DNA of 64,000 bases from an uncultured Peptococcaceae bacterium. Its GTDB lineage: Bacteria > Bacillota > Dehalobacteriia > UBA4068 > UBA4997. The notes under the pieces are model-generated. The model was not told where the DNA came from. It saw nothing but the letters and a program-made list of their open reading frames with translations, and searched no databases. Position numbers and translations under genes: made by a program. Of this stretch, positions 30,563 to 40,162 are shown piece after piece. Positions within the stretch are counted from its first letter, which is position 1, and each line of letters opens with the position of its first letter. The DNA is taken from positions 60,637-124,636 of the forward strand of contig CBCTTQ010000001.1 of assembly GCA_965149945.1 (NCBI GenBank), written 5' to 3'.

Positions 30563-30835
30563 ATGAGCGCCAAAGATTTGTTGAAAGGACTGGACACCAC
30601 CAGCTGGGAAAATTATAAGAAATCGCTGGGACAAGCTGTGGAAGCGGCGGAAGAATTCGGCATCGGTGACCGCGGCATCCATGCCTTTGCCGCTACCTTC
30701 GGCGAGTTTTTGAACCGCAATGCTCACGCCGATCTGCCGGAAAACCGCGCCATTCAGGAGCTGTGGCAGGTGGCGGATGAAAAAGAACAGCGTACTTTGG
30801 CCAAGTTGATGGTGAACCTTTGCCGCAAGGCGTAG
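30563..30835 (+). CDS. small cytoplasmic protein, possibly DUF3243-like
   Basis: 90 aa from the ATG at 30563 (GAAAGGATG RBS). ..AIQELWQVADEKEQRTLAKLMVNLC.. resembles DUF3243-type small proteins. Diverges from pepF. Confidence 0.55.
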   Translation: MSAKDLLKGLDTTSWENYKKSLGQAVEAAEEFGIGDRGIHAFAATFGEFLNRNAHADLPENRAIQELWQVADEKEQRTLAKLMVNLCRKA

Positions 30836-30864
30836 GGTTTTCATGTTCGACAGAAGAACAACAG

Positions 30865-30920
30865 GGTCGATCTTCCGATCGACCCTACATAAAAAGCATC
30901 TGCGCTTTTTCTTTTTCGCG
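30865..30920. terminator. hairpin terminator between convergent small genes
   Basis: Perfect stem AGGGTCGATC-ttcc-GATCGACCCT followed by a T-rich run (GCTTTTTCTTTTT). Confidence 0.45.
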
Positions 30921-30972
30921 CGTCACAGCCGCGGGTCGCCGTTTTTGGGCGAACCGAAATGCGTCGTTGGGA

Positions 30973-31179
30973 TTAATCCAACTGCTGGGCAAAAACGGTC
31001 ACTTCCCGCTTGGTATGTTTGGCGTCTTTAGGGTTTTCGAATTCCAGTACCAAATAGTCAAAATTTTTCTGATCGGTTAAAACATCACCGATTTGAAATT
31101 CTGTTTCAGCTTTCAAGCGCAGGCGATAGTTTTTGCCGTCCGGGATTTTTTCCTTAACCGTACACAAAATCATTTTCAT
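30973..31179 (-). CDS. hypothetical small protein (68 aa)
   Basis: AAGGAG-type RBS before ATGAAAATG. No family recognised. Confidence 0.45.
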   Translation of the reverse strand: MKMILCTVKEKIPDGKNYRLRLKAETEFQIGDVLTDQKNFDYLVLEFENPKDAKHTKREVTVFAQQLD

Positions 31180-31540
31180 CCACTCCTTCCCGTTTCACTG
31201 ATCCCTATCTAATATAATTTGCGGTTTGTCGCGTTTTCCCTGCTGTTTTTCGCGGGCGGTAAAATTTTTTTCCGTTGAATTGATGGTTTTTTCAATTTTT
31301 TTCGTTGTTTTGTTCGGTATTTGTCTTTATTTCCGTTTGTTGTTTGCCGCGTATTTTTTTTTCCTGTTGTTTTTTTAATTTTGTTCGTTTTTTTCTTTTG
31401 CCGCCGCGTCTTCTTCGGTTCTTGTTTTTCTCCCTTTGGTGGTTTTGCTGCTTTTGGGGAAGAAAACAATCGTCAAAAAGCGTGAAAATTGAACTGTAAG
31501 CCTGCCGGAACAGGAGGAATGATCGGTTTGGGGAGCCTGT

Positions 31541-31572
31541 CAAAAAAACCCTTCGACCCATAGGTCGAAGGG
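31541..31572 (-). terminator. rho-independent terminator after the small membrane-protein gene
   Basis: Minus strand: CCCTTCGACC-tatg-GGTCGAAGGG followed by a T7 run. Confidence 0.6.
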
Positions 31573-31594
31573 TTTGGCTCGGAGAGAGAGAACT

Positions 31595-31906
31595 TTATCG
31601 ATTACGGTTTCCTTTGCGCAGTTCATGTTTTTTTTGTACGGCAAAACGGTAAATGATATAATAGCCGACGGTGGGGAGCAGTGATCCCAAGATGTACCAG
31701 CCGCTGTTTTCGGTAAGGCCGGGACCGGTGAGGAGATAGAGAAAAGTTCCGATAGGGATCAATAAAGAAGCGATGGGTAAAATCAACCCCAGTTTGTCGC
31801 TTCTGCCGATGAGATAAACTTCCAAAAAGATGGACAACAACCAAAGCACTGCCGCCGCCATCATCAATATCGCAAACGTAACTGTGGACATAATTCCGTG
31901 ATGCAC
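31595..31906 (-). CDS. small membrane protein (2-3 TM), hypothetical
   Basis: 103-aa hydrophobic ORF 11 bp downstream of the DUF2089-like regulator gene. GTG start at 31906, or the ATG at 31891. Confidence 0.45.
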   Translation of the reverse strand: MHHGIMSTVTFAILMMAAAVLWLLSIFLEVYLIGRSDKLGLILPIASLLIPIGTFLYLLTGPGLTENSGWYILGSLLPTVGYYIIYRFAVQKKHELRKGNRNR

Positions 31907-31917
31907 CGCCTTTTTTG

Positions 31918-32214
31918 TTAGTTCTTTTGTTCTTTTTCGTATTCCGCGATCAACATATTTGCTGTTTCAAAATCAATTTTATCATTGATTGCCAACCGCT
32001 TGATGAAATTGATATAAGGGTCTTTAGCCATTTCCTCGTTGTCGGAAATTTTCCGAATCAACAGATCCAGCCGCTGACGTACGGTGGGATAAGTAACGCC
32101 GTATTGGTTCGCCATTTCTTTCAGCGAGCCGGAAGAGAGAACAAACTTTTTGATGAAAGTCAGTTCTTCCTGATCCAGATTGATTAACCATTCCGGCAGA
32201 ACGTCTAAGCTCAT
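31918..32214 (-). CDS. DUF2089-like HTH protein lacking the zinc ribbon
   Basis: ..LDQEELTFIKKFVLSSGSLKEMANQYGVTYPTVRQRLDLLIRKI.. matches the C-terminal sigma-region-4-like HTH of DUF2089 proteins. Start placed at the ATG at 32214 ([13 protein letters not shown]). Confidence 0.55.
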   Translation of the reverse strand: MSLDVLPEWLINLDQEELTFIKKFVLSSGSLKEMANQYGVTYPTVRQRLDLLIRKISDNEEMAKDPYINFIKRLAINDKIDFETANMLIAEYEKEQKN

Positions 32215-33075
32215 AATAATCCCCTCCTTTAAGTATTTATAACATATCATATAACCTGCTAAAAGTCAAACTAAAGAGGGCAAAAGTATGAAAAAATTTT
32301 GAAAAATTGATTAATATTGTCATTTTGAGAATGTTTTATTGTCGGTTTTCGATGAGTAGAAAAAAGGAGTTTTTCTCGATTTTTTTTACTTTTTTTTATG
32401 AAAAACAGTGATGTTTCCTTTGTTGCGGGGCTTTGCGAGGGGCGAAGATTTAGGCGTCTCCCGTTTTTTTTGCTAAATAGGAAGGTATTTTGTCTTTGGT
32501 CGTTTTTCCCCTTTGCGAAAAGAAAAAAATGATAAAAAAACAGACATTCCGAAATCATCGAGTTTTCTGATCCGTACCTTTTTCGCTGACCTTTGAGAGA
32601 GGCTTGTTCCTGTCGGCGCCGGGTTCATCTGCCATCCGCGTCGCTTTTGGGCTTCATTGGGAGCTTTGGGTGTTCTTTTAGGAAGCCCGGAAGAACCTTT
32701 GTCTTGTTGAAGAAAGAGAAGGTGCGGGAACAGGCGGGGTTCGAGTGTTCGCGGGAGAGCCGATGTTCCGTCGCCGGTCATGAAGGGGTGTCCCGTTTTG
32801 TGGAAAATCAAGATGGTTTTGCACAAGACGCCGTCGGTTTTCCCCATCAATAGGGGAAAACCAACGGCAAAAAGCAGGAAACGGCAGAAAAAAATCAAGA
32901 AAATCCCCCAATCCCCCGAAAAATCTATCCACATTTTCCACAGACGGTGGTGGATATTTTTCAGCAATTCTCATGATTTTTACGGCTATCCTTTCAAATG
33001 GGCAATGGCGCCAAAGGATTTATTTGAGATAGACTGTGTCGCGAGAACTTGTCGACGGATGGCGTGAGGCGGATG

Positions 33076-33720
33076 TTAGGGTTGGTCCAGCCAATGGGTG
33101 TCGTCGCTAATGGTCTTCAGAGGGATCTGCCGCCAGTCCGTCGCCGCTGCCTGGGAAAAGCCGCTGGCGGGATAGTCCTCCCGTCGGCAGCCTGTCAACA
33201 ATTGTTGCCAGGGATGTTCGGGCAGCGCCAACAACTGCCGGCAAAGTTCATCTTCTCCGGCGTTGATGATGTCGCTTCGCAGGGCGATGGCTGCCTCACT
33301 TTTGGGCAGACAACAATGGGTGCGGCAGACCAAAGGGCGATAGGGGTGGACGGCGCATTCCTGCTTATCCCGATTGAGAAAATGACAGCCATAGTCTGCC
33401 TGCCGTTTCAGAATGATGTCGATAGCGCCGTTTTCCAGCAATCGGATATCCGCCATTGCCGTCAGCCAGTGGGTCAGGGTGACGGCATCCTCTGTTGTTT
33501 GCAGCCGCTCCGCTACCCAGGGACGAGCTATGGCAAAGTCGGCGATCGTGAGGGGAATCCGTTCGTAACAGCAGGCGTCGCAGCCGCGGCAGTCCGCCAT
33601 GGTCGCTTCCTGAAAGGCGTCCAGCGCTTCCACATAGTCTCCCAGCGTGGCGCTGCCGTCTCCCGCTTCCAGGTCATAGCCGTATTGCCCCGGTGTGAAT
33701 TCTTTCAGATAAAACTTCAT
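33076..33720 (-). CDS. YkgJ/UPF0153-family putative Fe-S or Zn-binding protein
   Basis: 214 aa. Cys-rich CRGCDACC plus CxxHxxxPxxC motifs typical of the YkgJ family. Confidence 0.65.
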   Translation of the reverse strand: MKFYLKEFTPGQYGYDLEAGDGSATLGDYVEALDAFQEATMADCRGCDACCYERIPLTIADFAIARPWVAERLQTTEDAVTLTHWLTAMADIRLLENGAIDIILKRQADYGCHFLNRDKQECAVHPYRPLVCRTHCCLPKSEAAIALRSDIINAGEDELCRQLLALPEHPWQQLLTGCRREDYPASGFSQAAATDWRQIPLKTISDDTHWLDQP

Positions 33721-33732
33721 GGCGTTTCCTTT

Positions 33733-35274
33733 CTAAGCTTTCGAAACGATCAGGCTTTGACCGGTCATTTCCGCGGGTTGGGGCAGATTCATAATTTGCA
33801 GGATGGTAGGGGCGATGTCTTTCAGGGCGCCGCCGTCCCGCAGAGCGCAGGGATAACCCAAAATCAGGAAGGGTACCGGGCTGGTGGTGTGGGCGGTGAC
33901 AGGGGTTCCGTCGGGTTCTGCCATTTTTTCTACATTGCCGTGGTCGGCGGTGACCAGCAATACCCCCTTTGCTTTTTCAATGGCGGCCGTAATTTGCTCC
34001 AAGCAGCGGTCCACTGTTTCCACCGCTTTGACAGTAGCGGGCAGAATACCGGTATGTCCCACCATATCGGGATTGGCAAAGTTTAAAATGATCAGATCGT
34101 ACCGCCCTTCTTCGATGGCTTTGAGAACGGTTTGGGTAACGGCGGCGGCGCTCATTTCCGGTTGCAGATCATAGGTGGGTACTTTGGGGGAAGGGACCAA
34201 GATCCGATCTTCTCCCGGATTGGGCGCTTCCACACCTCCGTTAAAAAAGAAGGTGACATGGGCGTATTTTTCGGTTTCCGCTACCCGCAGTTGGGTTTTT
34301 CCCTGTTTAGAGATATATTCTCCCAGGGTGTTGGTTAGTTGTTCCGGCGGGAATGCCACCGGCAGCGGGAAAGTAGCGTCGTACTGGGTCATGCAGGTGA
34401 AAGAGCCGATCAGCGGTACCAGCGGCCGGTCAAAGCCGCCGAAATCTTCTTCATAAAAGGCGCGGGTAATTTCCCTTGCTCGATCTGCCCGGAAGTTGTA
34501 GAAGATAATGTTATCGTCGTTGGAAACGCGTCCGGGAAAAGCGCCCGTTTCATCTACCATATGGAAAGGCACTATAAATTCATCGGTGATGCCTTCCGTA
34601 TAGGATTGTTCTACCTCTGCCACATAGTCGACGACTGCTTTGCCGCCGCCCATCACCATGGCTTGCCATGCTTTTTCCACCCGTTCCCAGCGTTTGTCGC
34701 GATCCATGGCATAGTAGCGGCCGCTGACGGTTGCTACTTGCCCCAGTTGAATGTCCTCCATGAAAGACTGCAATTCGCGCAGGTAATCGGCGCCGCTGGT
34801 GGGGCTGACATCTCGCCCGTCTAAAAAACAATGAACGAATACTTTTTTCAGACCGTTTTGTTTCGCCAGCAACAGTAGGGATTTCAGATGGTACAGTTCG
34901 CTGTGGACGCCGCCGTCGGACAGCAATCCGAACAGATGCAGACTGCTTCCCGCTTCTTTGGTACGGCGAACCGCCGCCAAAAGGGCGGGATTTTGGTAAA
35001 AGCTGCCGTCTTCAATCGCGTTGGTAATGCGGGAGAGGTCTTGGTATACGACACGCCCGGCGCCGATATTCAGATGCCCGACTTCGGAATTGCCCATTTG
35101 TCCGGCCGGCAGACCCACTGCTTCGCCGCTGGCGGTCAGTGTTGTATGGGGCATTTTCTCCATCAGCCGATCAAACACCGGCACCCGCGCTGTGGAAAAT
35201 GTGTCGGAGGGCAGACCGGTTTTCATGCCCCATCCGTCCAAAATACATAACATAACAGGTTTTTTTGTACTCAT
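33733..35274 (-). CDS. gpmI: 2,3-bisphosphoglycerate-independent phosphoglycerate mutase
   Basis: 513 aa. iPGM family (..MLCILDGWG.., ..VTADHGN..). Confidence 0.9.
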   Translation of the reverse strand: MSTKKPVMLCILDGWGMKTGLPSDTFSTARVPVFDRLMEKMPHTTLTASGEAVGLPAGQMGNSEVGHLNIGAGRVVYQDLSRITNAIEDGSFYQNPALLAAVRRTKEAGSSLHLFGLLSDGGVHSELYHLKSLLLLAKQNGLKKVFVHCFLDGRDVSPTSGADYLRELQSFMEDIQLGQVATVSGRYYAMDRDKRWERVEKAWQAMVMGGGKAVVDYVAEVEQSYTEGITDEFIVPFHMVDETGAFPGRVSNDDNIIFYNFRADRAREITRAFYEEDFGGFDRPLVPLIGSFTCMTQYDATFPLPVAFPPEQLTNTLGEYISKQGKTQLRVAETEKYAHVTFFFNGGVEAPNPGEDRILVPSPKVPTYDLQPEMSAAAVTQTVLKAIEEGRYDLIILNFANPDMVGHTGILPATVKAVETVDRCLEQITAAIEKAKGVLLVTADHGNVEKMAEPDGTPVTAHTTSPVPFLILGYPCALRDGGALKDIAPTILQIMNLPQPAEMTGQSLIVSKA

Positions 35275-35311
35275 TGAGATTCTCCTCCGTTTGCTTTTCG
35301 CTGTGTTAAGA

Positions 35312-36049
35312 TCAGTAGTGGATAATCTGACTGAAGGATTCCGCCTGCAAACTGGCGCCGCCTACCAGAGCGCCGTCGATGTTAGGTTTTGCCATTAAGC
35401 CGCCGATAGATTGGGGTTTAACGGAGCCGCCGTATAAGAGGCGGATTTCTGTCGCCCGTTCGCCGTATCGATGCCGCAGCCATTGTCGAATCTGACTGAT
35501 CGTGGTTTCCGCGTCGTCGGCGGTGGCGGTCAATCCGGTGCCGATGGCCCAAATGGGTTCATAGGCGATGATGATTTCTTCTTCCCCCGACCAAAAGGCC
35601 AGGCTGCCCGCCAGCTGTTGTTCAATAACCGTCATGGCGCGGCCTTGGGTACGTTGTTCTTCGGTTTCGCCCACACAAAGAATGGGGATGAGACCTGCTC
35701 GGACGGCGGCGGCTCCTTTGTGGCTTACCTGCTCGTTTGTTTCCCCACAGTAGGCGCGCCGTTCCGAATGTCCCAGGATCACATGGCTGACGCTTAAATC
35801 CAATAGCATGGGCGCTGAAATTTCGCCGGTGAAGGCGCCTTCTGTTTCCCAGTGCATATTTTCCGCTCCCAGTCGGATGTTGCTGCCCGCGACGGCTGCC
35901 GCCGCCGCCGCTAAATGGGTGGCGGGCGTGCAGACAACGATTTCTGCTTCGGCGTCTTGTACCAGAGGTACCAATTGCCGCAGCATGGCGGCGCCGCTGG
36001 TGGGGGTATGATACATTTTCCAGTTTGCCGCGATTAGGGGTTTTCGCAT
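35312..36049 (-). CDS. tpiA: triose-phosphate isomerase
   Basis: Start at the ATG at 36049 (MRKPLIAANWKM, AAAGGAGGAA RBS). Motifs AYEPIWAIGTG and GGASLQ. Confidence 0.9.
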   Translation of the reverse strand: MRKPLIAANWKMYHTPTSGAAMLRQLVPLVQDAEAEIVVCTPATHLAAAAAAVAGSNIRLGAENMHWETEGAFTGEISAPMLLDLSVSHVILGHSERRAYCGETNEQVSHKGAAAVRAGLIPILCVGETEEQRTQGRAMTVIEQQLAGSLAFWSGEEEIIIAYEPIWAIGTGLTATADDAETTISQIRQWLRHRYGERATEIRLLYGGSVKPQSIGGLMAKPNIDGALVGGASLQAESFSQIIHY

Positions 36050-36066
36050 AGGGGTTCCTCCTTTTT

Positions 36067-36549
36067 CTATTTGGGATAGACCATTTTTTCCACAGTCCAG
36101 TCTTTCAGCGCTTCGGCGTAATCGACGCATTGATTGATGGCGCCCAGCAAATTGTGCTCGCGGAAATTTCCGCATTCAAAAGGATCGGCGCCGGGTACTT
36201 TGCCATGGAAGGTTTTGATAAATTCCAGGGTTTCCCGCACCAGATCCAGCACCTGCTGCTCGCTCAGGTGATTCCGCACGATGAGATAAAATCCTGTGCG
36301 GCAGCCCATGGGACCGAAGTAAATGATGTCGTCGCCGTACTCGCCGCTGCGGATGTAAGTGGCAAAGAGATGCTCGATGGTGTGGATCACGTCATAGCCC
36401 ATGTACAGCCCGGTGTTGGGGGTGACCGTGCGCAGGTCATAGGTAATGATGTCGCCGTCGGCGCGGGAGATGTACAGTCCTTTTTTCAATGTTTGGTGGT
36501 TGATGGTGAAGCTTTCGATTTTTTTCAGTGTGATGGTTTTCATGTTCAT
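36067..36549 (-). CDS. luxS: S-ribosylhomocysteine lyase
   Basis: 160 aa. LuxS HTIEH motif (..VIHTIEHLFA..) and the C-terminal metal-binding Cys. Confidence 0.9.
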   Translation of the reverse strand: MNMKTITLKKIESFTINHQTLKKGLYISRADGDIITYDLRTVTPNTGLYMGYDVIHTIEHLFATYIRSGEYGDDIIYFGPMGCRTGFYLIVRNHLSEQQVLDLVRETLEFIKTFHGKVPGADPFECGNFREHNLLGAINQCVDYAEALKDWTVEKMVYPK

Positions 36550-36594
36550 GCCTCTATTCTTTTGAAAATTTTAATGGGGATGGTTGACCGCGGT

Positions 36595-37455
36595 TTATCC
36601 TTTGAGATTGCGTTCCGCCGCGGTCAGGGTGTGTTTCATTAAGACGGCTGTGGTGACGGAGCCGACGCCGCCGGGGACGGGGGTGATGTTTTCTACGATG
36701 GGTTCCACCGCCGCGAAGTCTACATCGCCGCACATTTTTCCGGGGCGGTCGGGGTCGGCGTTGATGCCCACATCGATGACGGTTTGCCCGGGACGGACAA
36801 ATTCCGCGCCTACCATTTTGGGACGGCCGACAGCGGCGATAAGAATGTCCGCCCGGCGGGTGATCTCCGGCAGATTGACTGTGCGGGAATGGCAGATGGT
36901 AACAGTGGCGTGCTCATTGAGCAGGAGCATGGCCAGCGGCTTTCCCACCACAAGGGAACGCCCGATGACCACCACATTTTTCCCTTTCAGGGGGATGTTT
37001 TGGCGGCGCAGGATTTCCATGACGGCGGTGGGGGTACAGGGAGCAAACCCGTCCGTTTCTCCCGCGAACACTTTGGCGGCGCTGCCCATGGTTAGGCTGT
37101 CGATATCCTTTTCTACCCGAATTTGGGCGCGGGCTGCTTTTTCATCCAGATTTTTGGGCAACGGACTGAAAAAGAAGATGCCGTCTACGGTAGGGTCGTC
37201 GGAGACTTTTTGGACTGTCTGTTCCAACTCCGCTTGGGAAACATCGAGGGGCAACTCTGTGGCAAGGCAGCGGATGCCTGTTTTTTCACAGTTTTTTTTG
37301 ATAGAGCCTTCGTAGTATACATCATCGGGACGGGCGCCGACGCGGATAACCGCCAAAGTCGGCCGGTGACCGGCTTCTGTCAGTTTGCGGGCGCGGGCGA
37401 TGTTTTCTTCGGTAATTTGGTTGGCGGCGTCTTTGCCTTTGAAAAGATTTGCCAT
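36595..37455 (-). CDS. folD: bifunctional methylenetetrahydrofolate dehydrogenase / methenyl-THF cyclohydrolase
   Basis: 286 aa. FolD family (..[17 protein letters not shown].., ..[13 protein letters not shown]..). Confidence 0.9.
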   Translation of the reverse strand: MANLFKGKDAANQITEENIARARKLTEAGHRPTLAVIRVGARPDDVYYEGSIKKNCEKTGIRCLATELPLDVSQAELEQTVQKVSDDPTVDGIFFFSPLPKNLDEKAARAQIRVEKDIDSLTMGSAAKVFAGETDGFAPCTPTAVMEILRRQNIPLKGKNVVVIGRSLVVGKPLAMLLLNEHATVTICHSRTVNLPEITRRADILIAAVGRPKMVGAEFVRPGQTVIDVGINADPDRPGKMCGDVDFAAVEPIVENITPVPGGVGSVTTAVLMKHTLTAAERNLKG

Positions 37456-37528
37456 AATCGTATTCCTCCTGTCGGTTGTACGGTAATCATTTGAAACGGG
37501 GTACTTTTGTGAAATCAGCAGAAAAACC

Positions 37529-38920
37529 CTAACGCAGGATTTTTTTGATCAAGCGCAGGGCGGACTCTTTATAGGGGGGATAAAGCAGGGGCAGCGAGAA
37601 TTTGGCGCTTTTTTGCAAGATACTTTTGCGATGGGAAAAAAGCAGAACGCCGGCTTGTCCGTGGTAAGCGCCGAAGCCGCTGCCGCCCACCCCGCCGAAG
37701 GGCAGGTGAGGGTTAACCAGATGCAAAATGGTGTCGTTGATACAAATTCCGCCGGCGGGGATTTGACTGAGATAGGACTGGATGCCTTTATCCTCGGCGA
37801 AAATATACAGCGCCAGAGGTTTGGGGTAGCGAGCGATGATCGCCTGCGCTTGGGGATACTCCCGAAAAGTCAGGACGGGCAACAAAGGTCCGAAGATCTC
37901 TTCTGTCATGACGGCGGCGTTTGGGTCGGGCAGCCGCAGCACGGTAGGGGCGATGAAACGGCGCTTGGGGTCTCTCTGTCCGCCAAAGACCAGATAGTCC
38001 TGATCTTGATCCAGCAGCGCGCACAGTCGCTCGTAATGGGCGTCGTTGACGATGCGTCCCAGGTCGGGGCTTGCCAGAGGATCCTCCCCGAAAAATTTTT
38101 CATTGGCTTTTTGCAATTCTTCCAAAAAAGCGTCGGCAATCCGCTCCGCCACCAATACATAGTCAGGAGCCACGCAGGTCTGTCCCATGTTTAGCGTTTT
38201 TCCCCAAAGAACGCGGCGGGCGGCGGTTTGCAAATGGGCGGAATCGTCGATAATGACGGGGCTTTTGCCGCCCAGCTCCAAGGTGACGGGGGTCAGGTGT
38301 CGTGCCGCCGCTTCCATGACGACGCGCCCCACTTTAGGACCACCCGTAAAAAAGAGATAGTCAAAGGGCTGCTCCAGCAATTTGGCGGCGGTTTCCGCGT
38401 CTCCCGTCACCACTGTCACATGGAGGGGATCAAATACCGCCGCCGCCAAATCCTCCACTGCCCGCGCTGTGGCAGGCGCCAGTTCCGACGGCTTCAGCAC
38501 ACAGGTGTTGCCTGCCGCCACCGCGCTGATCAGAGGTTCCAGCAACAGTTGAAACGGATAATTGAACGGTCCCATAATGAGCACACTGCCGTAAGGCTCC
38601 GCCACAACGCGGCTTTTGCCCGGTAGCAAATAGTAAGGAGTGGGGACTTTTTGAGGACGCAGCCAGCGGGGAAATTCCCGCAGCAGCAGGGAGAGGCTTT
38701 TTTTCACTATGCCTACCTCTGTGAGAAAGGCTTCCGTGGGGCATTTCCCCAGATCCTCCGCCAGCGCCGCCAGCAGCGTCTCTTCCCTTCGATCGATTTC
38801 TTCGTATAGTTCTTGTAATTTTTGACGCCGAAAGGCAAAGTCCCGCGTTCTGCCGGCGGCAAAAAACAACTTCTGTCCCTGCAGCAAGCGTTCGGCGTCT
38901 TCTTTGGTCAATGTGTTCAT
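37529..38920 (-). CDS. NAD(P)-dependent aldehyde dehydrogenase (ALDH3/YwdH-like)
   Basis: 463 aa. ALDH catalytic motifs LELGGKSP and ..[14 protein letters not shown].. Confidence 0.85.
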   Translation of the reverse strand: MNTLTKEDAERLLQGQKLFFAAGRTRDFAFRRQKLQELYEEIDRREETLLAALAEDLGKCPTEAFLTEVGIVKKSLSLLLREFPRWLRPQKVPTPYYLLPGKSRVVAEPYGSVLIMGPFNYPFQLLLEPLISAVAAGNTCVLKPSELAPATARAVEDLAAAVFDPLHVTVVTGDAETAAKLLEQPFDYLFFTGGPKVGRVVMEAAARHLTPVTLELGGKSPVIIDDSAHLQTAARRVLWGKTLNMGQTCVAPDYVLVAERIADAFLEELQKANEKFFGEDPLASPDLGRIVNDAHYERLCALLDQDQDYLVFGGQRDPKRRFIAPTVLRLPDPNAAVMTEEIFGPLLPVLTFREYPQAQAIIARYPKPLALYIFAEDKGIQSYLSQIPAGGICINDTILHLVNPHLPFGGVGGSGFGAYHGQAGVLLFSHRKSILQKSAKFSLPLLYPPYKESALRLIKKILR

Positions 38921-38945
38921 AAAACTCCTTTTGAAAAATATCTGT

Positions 38946-39746
38946 TTAACGGGGAGCGGTTGTCGTCAGACAGGTGGGGTATTGTTCTATTTCCCGCAGG
39001 ATCATTGTTTCCACCAGAGGATACCAGCGCCAGAATTCATCCGTTAAATCTTCTTTTACCTGAGTCAGCACGGCGGCGATTTTGACGGGATCGGCGTCTT
39101 GGATGTCATGTCGCCGTTTCAGCTGCAGAGCGTATTTTTCCGCCAGATCCAGCGGCGTTACTTGATGAATGGAAAAAATCTGATCCATGGAAGCGAGCAC
39201 CGGTATCACAGATTCCGTCCTTGCGTTGCCGAATTGTACCAGAATGTCGGCGACGGTTTGCACTGCTTCTGCTTCCTGTCCGGCTGCCAGCAATTCCCGC
39301 CCCAAGGTGGGATCTTGGGCAAAGCAGGCCATCTCCGCCGCCATTTCCACAAAATTATGCGCTTTCCAAAGACCCCATTCCGGCGGCAGAGCGCAGGCGT
39401 CGATGACTGCGTCGATGTAAGGAGTGCATTGCTGAAAACACCAGCCGTTGCCTTTTTGCCAGTGTTCATCGGCATAGTAATCGAAACCGCAGGGATCCGC
39501 GCCGTGCAGCCAAACGCCCAAAGCAAAAGGCTCGGCGGCCGGATGATTTTCCCGACAATAGTCATAGAGGGATTTGCCCATCAGATGCCCGAAATTTCTG
39601 TCCATCCCCATACCCGCCACTAAGTCCGGAATGACCGCCCCCAGACGAATCAAGTTCTTTTGCAGTGGGGTCAGCCGTTCCGCCAGATGATAGCGGGGAT
39701 TTTTCAAAATTTGTTTTACAAGAAAATGATGTGCTAAAGGGAACAT
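38946..39746 (-). CDS. hypothetical protein, His-rich N-terminus (MFPLAHHFL..), possible metal-dependent hydrolase
   Basis: 266-aa ORF, first gene of the minus-strand operon. No family confidently recognised. Confidence 0.45.
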   Translation of the reverse strand: MFPLAHHFLVKQILKNPRYHLAERLTPLQKNLIRLGAVIPDLVAGMGMDRNFGHLMGKSLYDYCRENHPAAEPFALGVWLHGADPCGFDYYADEHWQKGNGWCFQQCTPYIDAVIDACALPPEWGLWKAHNFVEMAAEMACFAQDPTLGRELLAAGQEAEAVQTVADILVQFGNARTESVIPVLASMDQIFSIHQVTPLDLAEKYALQLKRRHDIQDADPVKIAAVLTQVKEDLTDEFWRWYPLVETMILREIEQYPTCLTTTAPR

Positions 39747-40162
39747 AGTTGCCTCCTGGTAAAAAAATAGAAAAATATCTCTTAAATTTCAGTAAAAATA
39801 CTATTATTTTTCAGGGGAATGTTATACAATCAAAAGAGAGAATTCATCAAAAAGTTTTTTTCTTTTTAGATTGGACGGCGGGAATTTGCGGGAGAACCCG
39901 CGGTTTTTCGCTGATTTTCAATAAAAAAATCAACAACGCGCGGCAGGCGTCTTTCCTTTTTTTTCGTCGCGTTCAGTGTCGTTTTCAGCAACGGCGTCCC
40001 GTAAAAGCGGAGAAAAGAATGATCTTTACATTGTATCATTATATCAAGGATCGGAAAAAAAAGAAACCATAATCCCCAATAATTGCGAAATTTAAAAGGG
40101 AATCTTTTTTCGTCGAGCGATGATGCCGCCGCTTTTTCAAAAATTTATAAAGGAGCATGATT

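Noticed and set aside
28580-30844. 754-aa version of pepF from the ORF track
   Set aside because: M3B homology begins at MTETIKSL (30380), which has a GGAGG RBS. The upstream 155 codons are a non-conserved open frame crossing the divergent promoter region.
31200-31500. ORFs 31209-31469, 31292-31561 and 31305-31499
   Set aside because: Poly-Lys/Arg or poly-Phe translations of a pyrimidine-rich spacer, overlapping on both strands.
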